DNA of 36,544 bases from a virus (Duplodnaviria; Caudoviricetes): the IMG/VR virus record IMGVR_UViG_3300037782_000016, positions 1 through 36,544 of that record; one strand, given 5' to 3'. The notes under the pieces were generated by a model. It had not been told where the DNA came from and searched no databases. It worked only from the letters and a program-made list of their open reading frames with translations. The translations under genes and the position numbers were made by a program. Shown piece by piece: positions 24,787 through 34,142 of this stretch (its first letter is position 1; every line of letters begins with the position of its first letter).

Positions 24787-25013
24787 TACAATTTACTTTT
24801 GATAAACTCTATTTTTTCCTTAACACCGCCCAACTCGTCCAGCATAGACTTCAACTCGCCCGACCTTTTGTTCAACTCGTTCACTTCTTCCTCTGGTAAG
24901 TCCTTAATCGCGCCCTCTTTAATAAGACGCTCAGTGTTTTTAGCGACTTTCAGAACACCATCGCCCATCATTCGCATCCCTTCAACAATGTCTTTATGTT
25001 CCTGTTGGCTCAC
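24786..25013 (-). CDS. Small coiled-coil protein
   Basis: 75-aa coupled ORF. Confidence 0.6.
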   Translation of the reverse strand: MSQQEHKDIVEGMRMMGDGVLKVAKNTERLIKEGAIKDLPEEEVNELNKRSGELKSMLDELGGVKEKIEFIKSKL

Positions 25014-26853
25014 TGATTTCCTCCTTTAAGTTGTTTGACCATATACGTTTCACGGACACTACAAAGTTAGCCAATTGTTTTGCAGGGTTATAACCACAAG
25101 ATAAAACCTCCGCTATCGTTCCGTCTGGAAGCCTTACAGCCCTATCTTCACGCACGTTCACCACGTCTGAATAGTTCATTTGAACACCCTCATAAGTGAT
25201 TAGTCTGCGTTGCGCGTGGTTTGGGTTGCCGTCAGGCACAAAACTGCTAGACTTGTAGAACTCTTCATATAAGTTCCTAGCCCTTATTTTCGGCTGATTG
25301 AGTAGTGATATTTTGGTTTTTAATGGGTCGTTTTCATTCACATCTAGCAAGCACACCCTATCAACGCTAACTATGTCTTTTTCGAGCATAGCCATGCCGA
25401 TGCGGTTCTCTAGGATATTTCCGAGATTCGGATCTTCTAGCTCGTCAACTGGATTAATCTCTACCTTGATGTCAATAAATGCACTCAAAGCCTTTTTAAC
25501 CTTATTGATTAGCCTGACTATTTCGTTTATGCCTTTAATAGCTACATTGGCGGCTTTGATTATAATTCCCAACACAACACCCAAAGTACCCAGCAAGGTA
25601 TCTGCAACTTTTTCAGGTACGCTCAAAGAACGTTTATCAAATATTCGTGAAAATGGAATGGCGACTCGATTACTTCCTGAAAGTAAAGAATCGCTCCCAA
25701 CGCTATTTTTATACACAGCCTGAACACTTACGTTAGTGCCTAGCCAGTTGTCAATAGTGTTGAGGTCGTTGTTATCGTAGGCAAACGTGATGTTAATGTT
25801 TGCCACCAGGTCAATAGAGTTGTCTGTAAATTTAGGTGTGTAAACTGGCTGTAACTTAAACCTCGCGCTTGTCGGGGGTAGGTTTGGCTCAATGCTTAAT
25901 TGACCGTTGTTTACGATTAATTTAGCGTTGAACATTGCTTTTATACCCCTAAGTAGGTCTCCAAAAGTACCATCGTAGAAACCTGTTTGCACGTTTGGGT
26001 CGGGTGTAAGGAATCCGAATATACGGTCATCTTGCTGAGTTACCGGATTAGCTAATTGTCTAGGTATCAAATGAAGTTTACTCCAAATAGCATCCTGCAA
26101 AATACTTGATTTGTATGTAAGCCCTAGCTCGTTTGCACCAATCTCAATTAGCCTATTAACGCTCATAGCCATCTTAAACTTAACCCTTTGGATGATAAGG
26201 TCTACCATGTCAAGAATCAGCTTTACAATCGCAATGAGTAGAGAAGTTGTATAAATGATTTGAGCAATTAAGTTGATCACGCCACCAGCCGAATCAATGA
26301 CTGTGCTACTTTGACCAACGCTCGAAGCTATATCGGTAATTTGCTTTTGAAGCTCCTGGGTAACGTAAGTGATGGCAAACGTCACCAGGAACGTGTCTCG
26401 GTAATTGGGTATACTGCTCAACACATAAGGAACGGGTACAAATTCAGACGGGCTTAAATCCCCTTTCTCGTATAAATAGCGATATGACACACCATCCGCC
26501 CTATCTTCAAATAACTCAATTCCCTCTTGATCGACACTATCAGCTGTAACCCTATTCTCATCCCATTCAGCTGTACGCAAGTCAATATAACCTTTAAAAA
26601 TCGTACTTATTTGACCCTTTTCCGCTATCTTAATTTCGTGCGGAACACCAACAAGAACCCCATTTCCACCAGTAACACCGCTATCGTAGATTGATTTGAG
26701 TGTTGCGTGTGTTTCTCCATACCAATCAAATGAGCCAACCGTTACCGCTTGCTCTACTCTATCGTTTTGGAAATTCAATTCGATGGATAAGTCGTTCGCG
26801 TTAGCTGGGTTCTTTACCCTTTGACCGTTTATGTAGTGTATTTGTTCAGCCAT
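24994..26853 (-). CDS. Tail tip/hub-like structural protein with hydrophobic segments
   Basis: Follows the tape measure gene; two long hydrophobic/amphipathic stretches. Confidence 0.65.
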   Translation of the reverse strand: MAEQIHYINGQRVKNPANANDLSIELNFQNDRVEQAVTVGSFDWYGETHATLKSIYDSGVTGGNGVLVGVPHEIKIAEKGQISTIFKGYIDLRTAEWDENRVTADSVDQEGIELFEDRADGVSYRYLYEKGDLSPSEFVPVPYVLSSIPNYRDTFLVTFAITYVTQELQKQITDIASSVGQSSTVIDSAGGVINLIAQIIYTTSLLIAIVKLILDMVDLIIQRVKFKMAMSVNRLIEIGANELGLTYKSSILQDAIWSKLHLIPRQLANPVTQQDDRIFGFLTPDPNVQTGFYDGTFGDLLRGIKAMFNAKLIVNNGQLSIEPNLPPTSARFKLQPVYTPKFTDNSIDLVANINITFAYDNNDLNTIDNWLGTNVSVQAVYKNSVGSDSLLSGSNRVAIPFSRIFDKRSLSVPEKVADTLLGTLGVVLGIIIKAANVAIKGINEIVRLINKVKKALSAFIDIKVEINPVDELEDPNLGNILENRIGMAMLEKDIVSVDRVCLLDVNENDPLKTKISLLNQPKIRARNLYEEFYKSSSFVPDGNPNHAQRRLITYEGVQMNYSDVVNVREDRAVRLPDGTIAEVLSCGYNPAKQLANFVVSVKRIWSNNLKEEISEPTGT

Positions 26854-29267
26854 TATCCTAGTCGTGGTCTGCGCCTTACGTGTTTGATAATTCTTTTAGC
26901 CCCGTTTCTGTACTGTTTCTCTGTGATAACCCCGTCAGCTAGGTTAAAGTGGCTTTCGCTTTTGTTCTTTTCGATGGCTCGGATTAATTGCTTTATGTGT
27001 TTTTCCCCGAATGACTGCTGGACCATTGGCGCACCGTGAGTTGCTAGTTTCACAACGTCCTCATTACTCAATCCTTTGAGCTTTGCGTTTTGTTCAGCGG
27101 TCAACACCCTTTCATGCGGATGGAGTTTCCACCATTTACCACCTTTACTATCTAATGTACCTGGACCACCTGTATCTTCAACACCCTCGTAGGCCGAACC
27201 CCCGAACAAAGTAAGCGAAGCCTTCGCAAGTGCCGTTTGACCTAGTGCCTTTTGAAGTGCTTGTCCCGGATCCGTTTGAGGGTCTTTCAATAGGTTGTTG
27301 TAAGCGTTCAAAAATGACTGTGCAAGCTCTCTGTTTTGCTGTTTACGTGCCAGCCTTTGGCGTTCGGCTTCCAATTCCGCTGCATTTCTCTGGGCTTCCG
27401 CAAGGTTATTCTTTTGCCCTTTGTCAGCCAGCTCTTGTTGGCGTTGTATTTCCTCGTTAGCCGCCTCTGTTCTACGCTGGTTTTCTTCGATTTCCTTGTT
27501 CACGCCAACGGTTAGTGAGCTGGATATATCGTTTATGACGGCTTTGGTGCGTTCAAGTTTAGCTTCCTCTTGCTCAATGTACTCTTGATTCGCCTTTTCT
27601 CGTGCCGCAGCCTCTTGTTTAATTGATTCCTGAACCTCTTTTGACCTTTCTTCCGTTGCCTTAGTAACCTTTTCCTGTGCTTTGGCAAGCTCTTCAGTAG
27701 TGTCTAGTGTAATTCGCTCAATTGTCTGTATCTCTCCAAGTGCTTTCTTTTGGTCATTGAATTGCTTTTGCTCAATAGTGGTCTGTTTGTTCCGAACCTC
27801 GTTTATTTCTCGGGCTGTTCTAGCTGCAACCTCATCACGCTGTGCTTCTAGTTCGGCGAGTTCTTTGCTTTCCGCGATAAGCGTGTCATTAAAACCAAGC
27901 TCTATTTTTTTGGCCTTAATCCTCAAATCAATCAACTCAATCTCTTGACTAGCCAACTCCCTCAATGCTGTCTGAGCTTGTTGCGCTGATTCAATACGCT
28001 CCTGGTCGCTTAGATTGGCGTCATCTGCTGCGGACTTTCTTTCTTCAAACGTCCTTCTTAAACGCTGTTCATTTCGGGCAAACTGAACCTCCAAGCGTTC
28101 TAGTTTCTTGATAGTTTCGTCTAGCTCAGTACCTTGCCTAATTGATTCATTGACAAACTCTCCAGTCGCCTCAGCTAGTTTCCCAATTTTATCGGTTGCA
28201 TCCTCTACTCCAGTAGTTAATTGAAGTGTCGCATCAGCTGCCGTTTTAGCCGCACCAGCGAAGTCGCCTTCAAATAGTTGCTTAATCGCCTCTCCAAATA
28301 CTTTGATTGACGTAAAACGATTGATTATGTTGTCAACAATAAGACTACCCAATTCTTTTAACGCCTCAATCGGATTGTCAATCGCTTCTTTTAGCGCATC
28401 AAACCCTGCGAAAGATAACTCTTGAATAACCCCTAGTAGCCTCTGGAAAATAGCTTGTAGCGGTCTTGTTATACGAGTCAAGGCATCAACGCCACGCTGT
28501 GTACTAGCAAATGCAGCTATTAAGCCACCAAGTGCCACAACAATAGCACCAATACCCGTGCTTATCAATGCTATTTTTAGGGCTTTAGATGATCGAATTA
28601 AGGCATTACTACTACTTACAGCACCTTTTAAGCCCCTGCCATAAAGCTCAAACTGCCTTTTTAGCTGGCCTAAATTGACACCAAAAATGGTTAACTCCCC
28701 AGCTGCCTCTTTAATATCTTCCTTGTAGTTACCTACATTTAGCCTCTGTTTTTTTAGGTTGTCGCTATTTTCCTTTATAAACTCGTTGTTCTTATCAAGA
28801 GTCGCGTTGATTTCTTGAAGTCGAGTTTGACCTTCTGCTGTTTCAAGATTGAGCTGCTCACGTTCGCGCCTTAACTTACGGTTCTCGACTTGCAGACGCT
28901 TCAAAGTACCTATCTCCTTATTTTCTAATTCAATAGTGTCCTTCGTCTCTTTGTTCTGTTCCCTCTTTTGAAGTTTGAGCCTTTCGATTTCTTTGGTTCG
29001 CTTCTGGACCTCTGAGGATAGCTGCGCTTGCAATCTCAGACGCTGCTGCTCTACTTTGTCGAGTTCCTTTGCTACGGTAATGGACTTCTGAGCCTCCTGG
29101 TTGTAGTTCTTTACGTCCTGACCCGTCTTAAATGGCTGGTTTTGTAGAATCTCCTTGCTCGTTCCGAGAATACCCTTTAAAGCATCTTCTAAATCCCGTG
29201 CCTCTTTGATAACTGGTATCAGTGCATTAGGGTCAAATAAATCCTCTCTTTTTAATTCTCCAGCCAT
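26853..29267 (-). CDS. Tail tape measure protein
   Basis: 804 aa, coiled-coil/Ala-rich, with QRLNVGNY, ALISTGIGAIVVALG and C-terminal LHPHERVL. Confidence 0.88.
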   Translation of the reverse strand: MAGELKREDLFDPNALIPVIKEARDLEDALKGILGTSKEILQNQPFKTGQDVKNYNQEAQKSITVAKELDKVEQQRLRLQAQLSSEVQKRTKEIERLKLQKREQNKETKDTIELENKEIGTLKRLQVENRKLRREREQLNLETAEGQTRLQEINATLDKNNEFIKENSDNLKKQRLNVGNYKEDIKEAAGELTIFGVNLGQLKRQFELYGRGLKGAVSSSNALIRSSKALKIALISTGIGAIVVALGGLIAAFASTQRGVDALTRITRPLQAIFQRLLGVIQELSFAGFDALKEAIDNPIEALKELGSLIVDNIINRFTSIKVFGEAIKQLFEGDFAGAAKTAADATLQLTTGVEDATDKIGKLAEATGEFVNESIRQGTELDETIKKLERLEVQFARNEQRLRRTFEERKSAADDANLSDQERIESAQQAQTALRELASQEIELIDLRIKAKKIELGFNDTLIAESKELAELEAQRDEVAARTAREINEVRNKQTTIEQKQFNDQKKALGEIQTIERITLDTTEELAKAQEKVTKATEERSKEVQESIKQEAAAREKANQEYIEQEEAKLERTKAVINDISSSLTVGVNKEIEENQRRTEAANEEIQRQQELADKGQKNNLAEAQRNAAELEAERQRLARKQQNRELAQSFLNAYNNLLKDPQTDPGQALQKALGQTALAKASLTLFGGSAYEGVEDTGGPGTLDSKGGKWWKLHPHERVLTAEQNAKLKGLSNEDVVKLATHGAPMVQQSFGEKHIKQLIRAIEKNKSESHFNLADGVITEKQYRNGAKRIIKHVRRRPRLG

Positions 29268-29271
29268 ACGC

Positions 29272-29279
29272 CAAAATTA
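29272..29279 (-). promoter_or_regulatory. -7 box 4 nt upstream of the tape measure ATG
   Basis: TAATTTTG-GCGT-ATG, just after a terminator. Confidence 0.6.
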
Positions 29280-29282
29280 AAC

Positions 29283-29312
29283 AAAAAAAAGGGGTGCATA
29301 GCGCACCCCCTT
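29283..29312 (-). terminator. Intrinsic terminator
   Basis: GGGGTGC/GCACCCC stem followed by T8 on the minus strand. Confidence 0.85.
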
Positions 29313-29335
29313 AAAATGTGAATCAAACCTAAATC

Positions 29336-29521
29336 TCAATTTTTGGGCGTTGGGTGTTCTTTTTTGAACTCCAAGAACCTGAACCAAATCGCGCTCCTAC
29401 CAGTTTTAACGCCCAATTCATTAGAAATATAGCGGAAAAATGAACGCTTGCCGGCCATTGTTCGGTGGTTAAAGTCGTCAGACTCCAGCGTCTTTCCATC
29501 TATGACTTCAAATTTCGCCAC
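29336..29521 (-). CDS. Small basic protein, paralog of 29521-29688
   Basis: GTG start overlaps the upstream TAG. Confidence 0.65.
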   Translation of the reverse strand: MAKFEVIDGKTLESDDFNHRTMAGKRSFFRYISNELGVKTGRSAIWFRFLEFKKEHPTPKN

Positions 29522-29688
29522 TACTTGTTCGCTTTCTTGAACGCTTTAAACCGCTTCCAAATCTCATCGTGCTTACTGTGCACTCCTTGATCTGTGATAA
29601 AACGGTAGAACTTCTTTTTGTCCTTTTGAGTAGTCGAAAAAGCGTCCGCGTTTAAACTAAGCTGTTTGTTTACGATAAAGCAATTCAT
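29521..29688 (-). CDS. Small basic protein, 55 aa (not in ORF track)
   Basis: MNCFIVNKQLSLNADAFSTTQKDKKKFYRFITDQGVHSKHDEIWKRFKAFKKANK; TAATG overlap with the tail gene and TAGTG overlap with the next gene. Confidence 0.7.
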   Translation of the reverse strand: MNCFIVNKQLSLNADAFSTTQKDKKKFYRFITDQGVHSKHDEIWKRFKAFKKANK

Positions 29689-30620
29689 TACGGTATGCTT
29701 ATAGTTGCGCTCTCTAGGTCAGTATCATCATAACCAGTAACACCAGATGCAAGGGTTAACGTCATATCATCCCCCGAAGTTTGAGATGGAATGACAAAAG
29801 TGTACGTTCCGCTCGGGCTTTCAGTTACACTCGTAGGCGTTACAGATGCTGCGCCCGTATCGTTATACAAGTCGAAGTCTGCAAGGACTAAACCAGTAAC
29901 AGGCTCAGGATTTAATGCGCTACCGTAGTCAGTAGTGATTTTCATTACAAAACCAGTAGTTGTTGGTGTTCCTACAACCGTACCGTTGATGTCAAGTAGT
30001 CCTGAAAAATCCAATGGGTCAACGTTGTCCAAGTCTCCAGGTGCAATGTAACCTAAATCCCCATCGCTTACCGCTCTGTCGAAGCTAAAGTTTAAAAGAA
30101 CTTTAGGAACAGTTGAGCCAGTAGGCCATACATAACGAGCGTTCCAAGTGTTTTGATCGACCTTCAAAGGTCTTAACTCATCAGCAGTTGTTTTGTCGCC
30201 AATGATACGCCCTGAATCATCAATGATAAAAACACCGAAGTTTGTTTGGCATTTCCAGTCGTCAATAGTTCCAGCATAAGCACTATCTACCTTGATAAAA
30301 GAAACAGATGCATCTAAATCTCCCTGACGCACAAAAACCTCAACCCCAGAATCTAAACCCTCCGAAGTTGGATCACCCCTCTCTAAGGTAGCATTATCAA
30401 ATCCAGCCGTTGGAAAGAAACGCTTTGTTTCGTCCGACTGGTTGATGAGTCCAGAAAAGTAAGCGGAGTCTAATGACCCAGTAAGGTCGATTGCGTTCGC
30501 TGTACCTGTTGAGTCGGCCATACGAACAATGATTAATTTTTTAGCGATGTCAAGAACGCTAGTACAGTTCGGTAAGCCTGTATTCCTTAACGGTTCATCG
30601 CATGAACAAGCAGTTGCCAT
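29688..30620 (-). CDS. Major tail (tube) protein
   Basis: Position after the head-tail genes; CSC...NTGLPNC N-terminus; own promoter. Confidence 0.75.
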   Translation of the reverse strand: MATACSCDEPLRNTGLPNCTSVLDIAKKLIIVRMADSTGTANAIDLTGSLDSAYFSGLINQSDETKRFFPTAGFDNATLERGDPTSEGLDSGVEVFVRQGDLDASVSFIKVDSAYAGTIDDWKCQTNFGVFIIDDSGRIIGDKTTADELRPLKVDQNTWNARYVWPTGSTVPKVLLNFSFDRAVSDGDLGYIAPGDLDNVDPLDFSGLLDINGTVVGTPTTTGFVMKITTDYGSALNPEPVTGLVLADFDLYNDTGAASVTPTSVTESPSGTYTFVIPSQTSGDDMTLTLASGVTGYDDTDLESATISIP

Positions 30621-30650
30621 AATTTTGAGTTTTAATTTATGATTCTATTG

Positions 30651-30658
30651 CAAATTTA
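30651..30658 (-). promoter_or_regulatory. Bacteroidota -7 box
   Basis: TAAATTTG upstream of the major tail gene. Confidence 0.6.
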
Positions 30659-30669
30659 AAGTTTTTTCT

Positions 30670-31431
30670 TTACGCATACCCATCACTATATCCAATGCTG
30701 TAAGCATCCCCTTCGATTACTGGTATATCTCGCTCAGGGCAATCCAGGTTCTTTTTGATTTGAAGGCTTACTACTAAATCAATGCCCGTGTACTTATTAT
30801 TGAACATAGCTTGCCCTCTCTCGCTTGTCGTCTCGCTGCCTTTAGTTGTTATAAAGCGGTGGTTGGTTCGGGTAACGGTCAGTACATCGTGAATGTCCTT
30901 GCTTCTTTCAAGTGCATCTATAAATGCATCAATCCACCTATGAAGTGGGTTTAACCTTTCTTCTTCTGACTTTTCAATGGTCCTCTCTTGAATGTCCTCT
31001 CCGTTGTAAACCAAAAATCGCATATCCCCTTCGCTGTCAATAATACTATCAACTTCGGGGGGTTGCGTTCTCGTTTGGGTTTCTACATTGTAAACGAAAG
31101 GGCTTTTTAAAGACTCGTCTTGCTGTCTAAACTCCTGAGTAAATTCCTCAATGTACTGTAAATACTTACCATTCTTAAAATGAGGGTTGCGAATGGTATA
31201 GTTGCCAACGGTTAAACCCGTGTCTCCAGTAACGGTTATCCAGTTGTTCTCGCTTACCCCTGTAACTACATAGTCATTGCCGCCAATAGTTATCTTTAAG
31301 TCTGGGCATAGGTAGTAAGTGTAATCGATATAAAACTTGTACCCTCCAGATATTGATTCAGCAGCCCTTAATCGAAAGGTAAGCTCCATATTAGAGATGA
31401 TCGAGCGCACTATGTCAACTGCACTTCTCAT
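30670..31431 (-). CDS. Putative tail terminator/head-tail joining protein
   Basis: Inferred from position between the adaptor and the major tail gene. Confidence 0.55.
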   Translation of the reverse strand: MRSAVDIVRSIISNMELTFRLRAAESISGGYKFYIDYTYYLCPDLKITIGGNDYVVTGVSENNWITVTGDTGLTVGNYTIRNPHFKNGKYLQYIEEFTQEFRQQDESLKSPFVYNVETQTRTQPPEVDSIIDSEGDMRFLVYNGEDIQERTIEKSEEERLNPLHRWIDAFIDALERSKDIHDVLTVTRTNHRFITTKGSETTSERGQAMFNNKYTGIDLVVSLQIKKNLDCPERDIPVIEGDAYSIGYSDGYA

Positions 31432-31931
31432 ATCATTGCAGCGTATGGGTATTGGTGGACCAGTTTAAAGTCGGTGTAAGTGTCTCGGTTCTCAATGCAA
31501 TAGCCTTGCAGAATATCTGCATTATCCCTTGCTTCGTTGTAAAGGCGTTGACCCATTGAATACATTAACGGTCTTGCGGCTTCGGATTCAATCGTCTTAT
31601 TTCCTGAACCCGTGTTTACGTTCTCTTGCTGCGTGGTGTACTCAAAGTAAAACAAGTATGTCAGTATCTTCTTAATACCGATGCATCTATAAGGGTGTCC
31701 ACCAATGGCAAACGAAAACTCATTGAAGATAGTAATGTACTTCGCAGTTTGCGGCTCTCCACCTGATAGGTCAGCTATAAAGGCTAGCCCTTCCGTGTTA
31801 CCTAGCATTAACTTTATCTGCTCATTCTCCCATTCCTCACTTAATGAAGCGGTAAGGTCGGCATCAGAAAAACCGTTCCCGGCTATCTTAGTATTGCCCG
31901 ATGCAAAGTCTGACGCTGCAAGGATTCCCAT
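31428..31931 (-). CDS. Putative head-tail adaptor
   Basis: Position after the capsid; LMLG...GIKKILTYLFYFEY pattern. Confidence 0.6.
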   Translation of the reverse strand: MGILAASDFASGNTKIAGNGFSDADLTASLSEEWENEQIKLMLGNTEGLAFIADLSGGEPQTAKYITIFNEFSFAIGGHPYRCIGIKKILTYLFYFEYTTQQENVNTGSGNKTIESEAARPLMYSMGQRLYNEARDNADILQGYCIENRDTYTDFKLVHQYPYAAMI

Positions 31932-32830
31932 TACTTCAAGATTTTAACGTGGCCTTTAGCTGCTAATACTTCGGCTTGACGCTTGTTGAATTTCTTTTTT
32001 TGACCCTTTGACCAACCAGCGGCGTTGTCCTTAATAAACTCGACCTCTACTTTGCTCGAATCTACCAGCTTATTATCTGTGATTCCTTTGTTATTCTTTG
32101 GTAGGTCTTGCGGCTTTGCACCTTTAGCTACTGGTTTCTTTTTTGGTTCTAACTTGTCAACTTCTTTTTTCTTACCTCGTGGCATAGCGTTTAAGTTTAA
32201 TCGTTCTCCAGCAAAGATAATATTTTCGGTGGTGATGTTCTCGCGCCATTTTACATCTATAATCTGAGCATTGTAATCCTTTAGACTTGCTTCGGTTATT
32301 TCAACACCTTTCTTTAGCATTGTGCGGATATTCAGGTTGTCTAGTCCTTTGTTCTGCTGACCGGACCACCCTTTGTAATCCATTTTCTCTAGTGCCTTTC
32401 TACCCCAAAACCTTCCAGCCCCGATGCGCGTCTGTTTAAGGTAGCTTAAATATTGATACTTCGGGCTGTAAAAATAAACGTCTGTAAAGGTTAAACACTC
32501 AACACCGTCATCAATAGCCTGCTGGTAAACTCTAAATAGGTTTATATCCACCAGGTCATCACTTCCAACGATAACCACCCCATCAGGATCATATCTTCTA
32601 GCCGCTTCCATTAAAGCATTATTCTTATGGCTTATGGGTCTATTATCTGTCTCAATGTAATCAAATCCAAACGGCTCAACTACTGAACGGCTAACATCGC
32701 CCTCGCTACCACCAACAATAACTTTAAAACCTAGTTGCTTTTGGTATTGCCACAAATAAGAAAGCACGACCTTAGTTAGATCGTGCCTTCTCCAGATTGG
32801 TATTATTAAAACTAGCTTATGTAGTTTCAA
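31931..32830 (-). CDS. GT2/GT-A glycosyltransferase-like protein with basic C-terminal extension
   Basis: LVLIIPIWRR, VIVGGS, HKNNALM, VVIVGSDDLVD (xDD motif), GAGR, GLD. Likely TTG start at 32830 overlapping the capsid end. Confidence 0.72.
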   Translation of the reverse strand: MKLHKLVLIIPIWRRHDLTKVVLSYLWQYQKQLGFKVIVGGSEGDVSRSVVEPFGFDYIETDNRPISHKNNALMEAARRYDPDGVVIVGSDDLVDINLFRVYQQAIDDGVECLTFTDVYFYSPKYQYLSYLKQTRIGAGRFWGRKALEKMDYKGWSGQQNKGLDNLNIRTMLKKGVEITEASLKDYNAQIIDVKWRENITTENIIFAGERLNLNAMPRGKKKEVDKLEPKKKPVAKGAKPQDLPKNNKGITDNKLVDSSKVEVEFIKDNAAGWSKGQKKKFNKRQAEVLAAKGHVKILK

Positions 32831-34142
32831 GTGCTGCTTTTGCAGTAGTGAAGTCTCCGTTAACGAACGCTGTACGGTTGTTGTTCTTAACAACTGTCGC
32901 CCCTCTCCATTCTGCGCGAATGGTTTTGAAGTTCTTAGTGAAGTCGTCTAAATCGTAACCGATGTCAATGGTAATTCCCTGACGTGTCCATAGCTCAGCT
33001 AGTGGCATCTCTCCAATTAGGAAAGTGTCCTGAGTTACAAGAGTAGTCGGGATGATTGGAATACCATCAAGCATCAAGCTACCAGCAACCATTGTCAAAC
33101 GCTCAACGTAACGCTTGTCAGTTGAACTTACCTTTTGAGATTGCAGTAAAGCAATGTCCTGAGGGTTCATCCAAATTGCTGTTGGACCGTTGTGGTTTGC
33201 AATGATTATCTGAGTGACCCCATTAACCAATACATCAACGATGTTAGCGTTGTCAATCGCGGAGGCCATGGATGAGATAGCTGACCAAGCTGTTGCGGTT
33301 GTGAACACCCCGTTGTGGTTCGGTGCTGTACCGTTACCGCTGTAAGCGTTCTCCTCAACTTTCAATAGCAACTGAGTCATCAAGTCGTCGCGGATAGCTG
33401 ATTCCATTACGGTAATGTCCTCGAGCATTTCGTCAGAGACCTTTGTGTAAGCAGTTGTTTTAACGATTTCTTCGCTACCAACTACCCAGTTAAAATCTCT
33501 CTGCGACTTAGTTGCACCCTCGTCTGTTTGACCAGCATCACCTTCGGGGCTGTCTTTGTAAACCCATTTGATGAGATTTGTTTGACCAACTTGGCGTTGT
33601 GTCATTGTCTCCAGGAAGCGCACACGTCTCGTTGGGATGTTGTTGTAACCAGGAATCATATATCCTACTGGATATTCTCCTGTGATGTTACCAGCCTCAG
33701 TCATTGATCCGACCGCTTTGTTTACAAGGTTGTGATTCCATTTAAACGATGTTCCACCGTTCATGCGCTCACCAGCCTTTAGCTTCTTCAAAAAGCTCTC
33801 GTTCGCTTTCAATTCAGCTTTAAGGTTGTCGATTGACTTACCTTCGCCTTTAGCGTTGATTAACTTCTCTTGAAGTCCTTTAATCGCTTCGCCTTGCTCT
33901 TTGGCAATCTCTAGTGCTTTTTGCACCGAGCTGTTCATAGTAGTCAGGATTTCAGACTTCATTTCCTGAATCTCCTCTTTAGTCGCGCCTTTTTCAATGG
34001 CATCGGCTAATGTTGAGTTGGCTTCGTCCTGATAACCTGAATAGTGCTTTACTTGTTCTTCGGCAGAAAGCTCACCGAGTTTTTCAACCTCAACCCCTTT
34101 GTTTTCTAGGTATTGGTTAAATGTCAATTTAAAATTGCTCAT
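32817..34142 (-). CDS. Major capsid protein, HK97 fold
   Basis: N-terminal coiled-coil delta domain; EGATKS, VSDEMLED, GNGT, IWMNPQD, LDGIPII, FTKNFKTIRAE. Confidence 0.93.
   Translation of the reverse strand: MSNFKLTFNQYLENKGVEVEKLGELSAEEQVKHYSGYQDEANSTLADAIEKGATKEEIQEMKSEILTTMNSSVQKALEIAKEQGEAIKGLQEKLINAKGEGKSIDNLKAELKANESFLKKLKAGERMNGGTSFKWNHNLVNKAVGSMTEAGNITGEYPVGYMIPGYNNIPTRRVRFLETMTQRQVGQTNLIKWVYKDSPEGDAGQTDEGATKSQRDFNWVVGSEEIVKTTAYTKVSDEMLEDITVMESAIRDDLMTQLLLKVEENAYSGNGTAPNHNGVFTTATAWSAISSMASAIDNANIVDVLVNGVTQIIIANHNGPTAIWMNPQDIALLQSQKVSSTDKRYVERLTMVAGSLMLDGIPIIPTTLVTQDTFLIGEMPLAELWTRQGITIDIGYDLDDFTKNFKTIRAEWRGATVVKNNNRTAFVNGDFTTAKAALETT

Noticed and set aside
29336-29688. Programmed -1 frameshift for tail chaperones
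   Set aside because: The A- and T-runs present are not in the X XXY YYZ phase, and a terminator follows.
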